NCBI GenBank assembly: GCA_964572155.1
Contig: CAZNDZ010000002.1
Span: forward strand, 339,089-403,088
From: an uncultured Planctomycetales bacterium
GTDB taxonomy: Bacteria > Omnitrophota > Gorgyraeia > Zapsychrales > Fredricksoniimonadaceae
Direction: 5' to 3'
DNA length: 64,000 nucleotides
Positions 61,967-64,000 of the stretch are shown here, in pieces (position 1 is the first letter of the stretch; every line of letters begins with the position of its first letter). Both the position numbers and the translations under genes were made by a program. The notes under the pieces are model-generated. The model was not told the DNA's origin. It searched no databases and worked only from the letters and a program-made list of their open reading frames with translations.

Positions 61967-64000
61967 TTATACAGCCCGCATGATCGCCATAACATCCAAA
62001 ATCAATGCAATGTTACCATCGCCCAAAATAGAGGCTCCACTGATACCTCGCACATTAGCAAAATAATCTGGGAAAGATTTAATGACAATTTCATCTTCAC
62101 CAATTAGACGATCAACACCAATACCTGCTAACTCACCATTGGCTGTTATAACAACGATCTTTCTATCTGCATCAACTTTCACATCTGTCTTATCCGTACC
62201 TAAGATATTAGACATTGACAATAAACTTAACGCATGCCCACGTAATTTGATCATTGGAACCCCGTCGACAGAATAAACATCCTTAGGTCCAATCTTAATG
62301 ATCTCAGAAACAGATTCCAGCGGCAATGCATACACTTGTTTATTAATCACCACCAGCAACGCTTGAATGATAGCGAGCGTTAAGGGGATTCTTAAAACAA
62401 ACTTTGTGCCTTTGCCTAATTCCGTTTCCACATCAACTGTTCCACTTAACGACTCAATCATTTTTTTAACAACATCCATCCCCACACCGCGACCTGAAAG
62501 ACCTGTTACTTTTTCTGCTGTGGAGAAACCTGGTAGAAAAATAAGATTTAACTTTTCCTTATCGGTTAATTTAGATGCTTTCTCTTCCGTTAAAATGCCT
62601 TTTTCAATGGCCTTTTTAGCAATGCGATTTACATCGAGACCTTTACCATCGTCGATGATCTCAATACAAATGCTATTACCCTGATGAACGGCGCGCAACT
62701 TGATTGTCCCATATTCTTTTTTACCAGCCGCTAGACGATCTTTCTTGCTTTCAATACCATGATCAACGGAATTACGGATCATATGTGTTAAAGAATCTGG
62801 AAGTGAATCAATGATCTTTTTATCCAATTCCGTATCTTCACCATAAAGCTCTAAATTAATTTCTTTACCCAACTCTTTGGAAATATCTCGCACCAATCTC
62901 TTAAAACGGCTAAACACGCCTTCAATAGGCACCATCCGCGTTTGCATGACGGCACTTTGAATATCCGACGATAACTTTCCAAGCAAAGATGTAGCTTCAT
63001 CTAATCCATAAACTTTCGCACCAACATCTTTTGATGAGAAAGAACCTTGAGCAGCAACTAAATTGCTCTCCATCGTCGATAAAATCTTTTGAATCTTATC
63101 ACCTTCCATGGATGTAACGTTCTTTCGAACTAAACCTTTAACATTTTCAATATCCGCATTTAACTGTCCCAAACGATTTGCTGATTCGCGCATATGAAAA
63201 ACTTCATTATTAAACTCACTGACTAACTGCGCAAAACGAGCACGGGTGATAACTAATTCTCCCGCTAAATTCATTAAACCATCTAGTTTTCTAGCATCCA
63301 CCTTCATGGTTGTAATTTCAACAGGTCCTTTTGCACCACTGGCAGCTGGCGCTGCGCCTGCAGGTGCTGCCGGGGCAGGTGCCGCAGCTGCTACAGGCGC
63401 TGCAACAGGCTGATTCAAATCAGAAAATTCTTCTTTAGAAATTTTCACGATATCCACCTCGTCGACTGATAAAAAGTTTTTAACATCATTCTCTTGATTC
63501 GGAGTGGCATATAAAATATGAACAATCACATCTTGAGGATCTTCAGGGACCGCATTAAAAGCAGGAACGGCAACAATGATTGTCCCCATCTTCTTTAAAC
63601 GCTCTTCAATGATCGCAGCTTTTAAACCTTTAATAGCTTTCTTTTGAATAGAAACAGTGGCCTTATAAACTTGATTGCTTGCGCTTAAGGCAGAACGAAT
63701 CTTTCCCTTAATCTCATCTGATAAATTGGCAGCAAAAGGGTCAGCAGCCGTAGTCGACGGTGTTGCTGAAGCAGCAACAGGTACCGCACCAACAGCCTTG
63801 GTCTGAAAATCTTTTAAGAATGCGGTAAGATCTTGCTCTTGATACACTCCCTTTCGAAGGGCATCAAGTGCATTCTTAATCCAATCAATCCCTTTAAATA
63901 ATAATGTGAGAATTTCCGGAGATGGTTTTTGGCTCTTTGTCCGTAGATCAGACATTTGATCTTCCATCTTATGAGCAACACTTTCAATCCCCTTACACTT
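61967..64000 (-). CDS. cheA: Chemotaxis histidine kinase CheA, 3' portion (the 5' end lies beyond the window).
   Basis: Dimerisation domain. HATPase HGIESKKDRLAAGK...DDGKGLD...GRGVGMD. C-terminal CheW-like domain. The ORF is open at the window edge. Confidence 0.85.
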   Translation of the reverse strand, partial: KCKGIESVAHKMEDQMSDLRTKSQKPSPEILTLLFKGIDWIKNALDALRKGVYQEQDLTAFLKDFQTKAVGAVPVAASATPSTTAADPFAANLSDEIKGKIRSALSASNQVYKATVSIQKKAIKGLKAAIIEERLKKMGTIIVAVPAFNAVPEDPQDVIVHILYATPNQENDVKNFLSVDEVDIVKISKEEFSDLNQPVAAPVAAAAPAPAAPAGAAPAASGAKGPVEITTMKVDARKLDGLMNLAGELVITRARFAQLVSEFNNEVFHMRESANRLGQLNADIENVKGLVRKNVTSMEGDKIQKILSTMESNLVAAQGSFSSKDVGAKVYGLDEATSLLGKLSSDIQSAVMQTRMVPIEGVFSRFKRLVRDISKELGKEINLELYGEDTELDKKIIDSLPDSLTHMIRNSVDHGIESKKDRLAAGKKEYGTIKLRAVHQGNSICIEIIDDGKGLDVNRIAKKAIEKGILTEEKASKLTDKEKLNLIFLPGFSTAEKVTGLSGRGVGMDVVKKMIESLSGTVDVETELGKGTKFVLRIPLTLAIIQALLVVINKQVYALPLESVSEIIKIGPKDVYSVDGVPMIKLRGHALSLLSMSNILGTDKTDVKVDADRKIVVITANGELAGIGVDRLIGEDEIVIKSFPDYFANVRGISGASILGDGNIALILDVMAIMRAV

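Noticed and set aside
1-64000. Search for a CRISPR array, IS element, integrase or rRNA.
   Set aside because: No direct-repeat/spacer periodicity, terminal inverted repeats, DDE or tyrosine-recombinase-like ORFs, or rRNA-like segments were seen in the window.

Overview
This window is a low-GC (about 40%) bacterial chromosomal segment in which every credible gene lies on the minus strand. It divides into five parts.

(1) 1..2580 holds the 5' portion of a large secreted hypothetical protein that runs off the left edge.

(2) 2.7-33.3 kb is an unusually complete, contiguous translation/transcription super-operon. Read 5' to 3' on the minus strand it is tRNA-Thr, rpmG, tRNA-Trp, secE, nusG, rplKAJL, rpoBC, rpsLG, fusA, tuf, the S10 operon, the spc operon and the alpha operon, ending in a rho-independent terminator. 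It has no rpmD (L30). S14 is the Zn-ribbon type. L17 and S5 carry terminal extensions.

(3) 33.4-41.5 kb looks like an accessory block. It contains two paralogous secreted LamG-domain proteins, one disrupted by a 1-nt deletion. Between them lie a SAM-methyltransferase::ABC1/UbiB kinase fusion gene, tyrS and rpsA. An HTH-nucleotidyltransferase/HEPN toxin-antitoxin-like pair sits directly upstream of the second LamG gene.

(4) 41.5-48.8 kb is housekeeping: plsC, a phosphohexomutase, nadD, proA, proB, obg, rplU (with no rpmA) and rng.

(5) 48.8-64 kb is a type IV pilus / chemosensory supercluster. It contains pilMNOPQ, three pilin or pseudopilin genes and a CheX-like gene embedded in the pilin operon. 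It also contains a hybrid histidine kinase, a CHASE-PAS sensor with no output domain, an Hpt protein, three receiver proteins, CheC, a frameshift-split cheD, and a 3'-partial cheA.

The provided ORF track uses non-ATG starts, so several of its 5' ends are over-extended. ATG starts were re-derived where stated. Three genes under 60 aa that the track omits were found by hand: rpmJ, rpmG and a candidate uORF. No CRISPR array, IS element, integrase or rRNA was seen.
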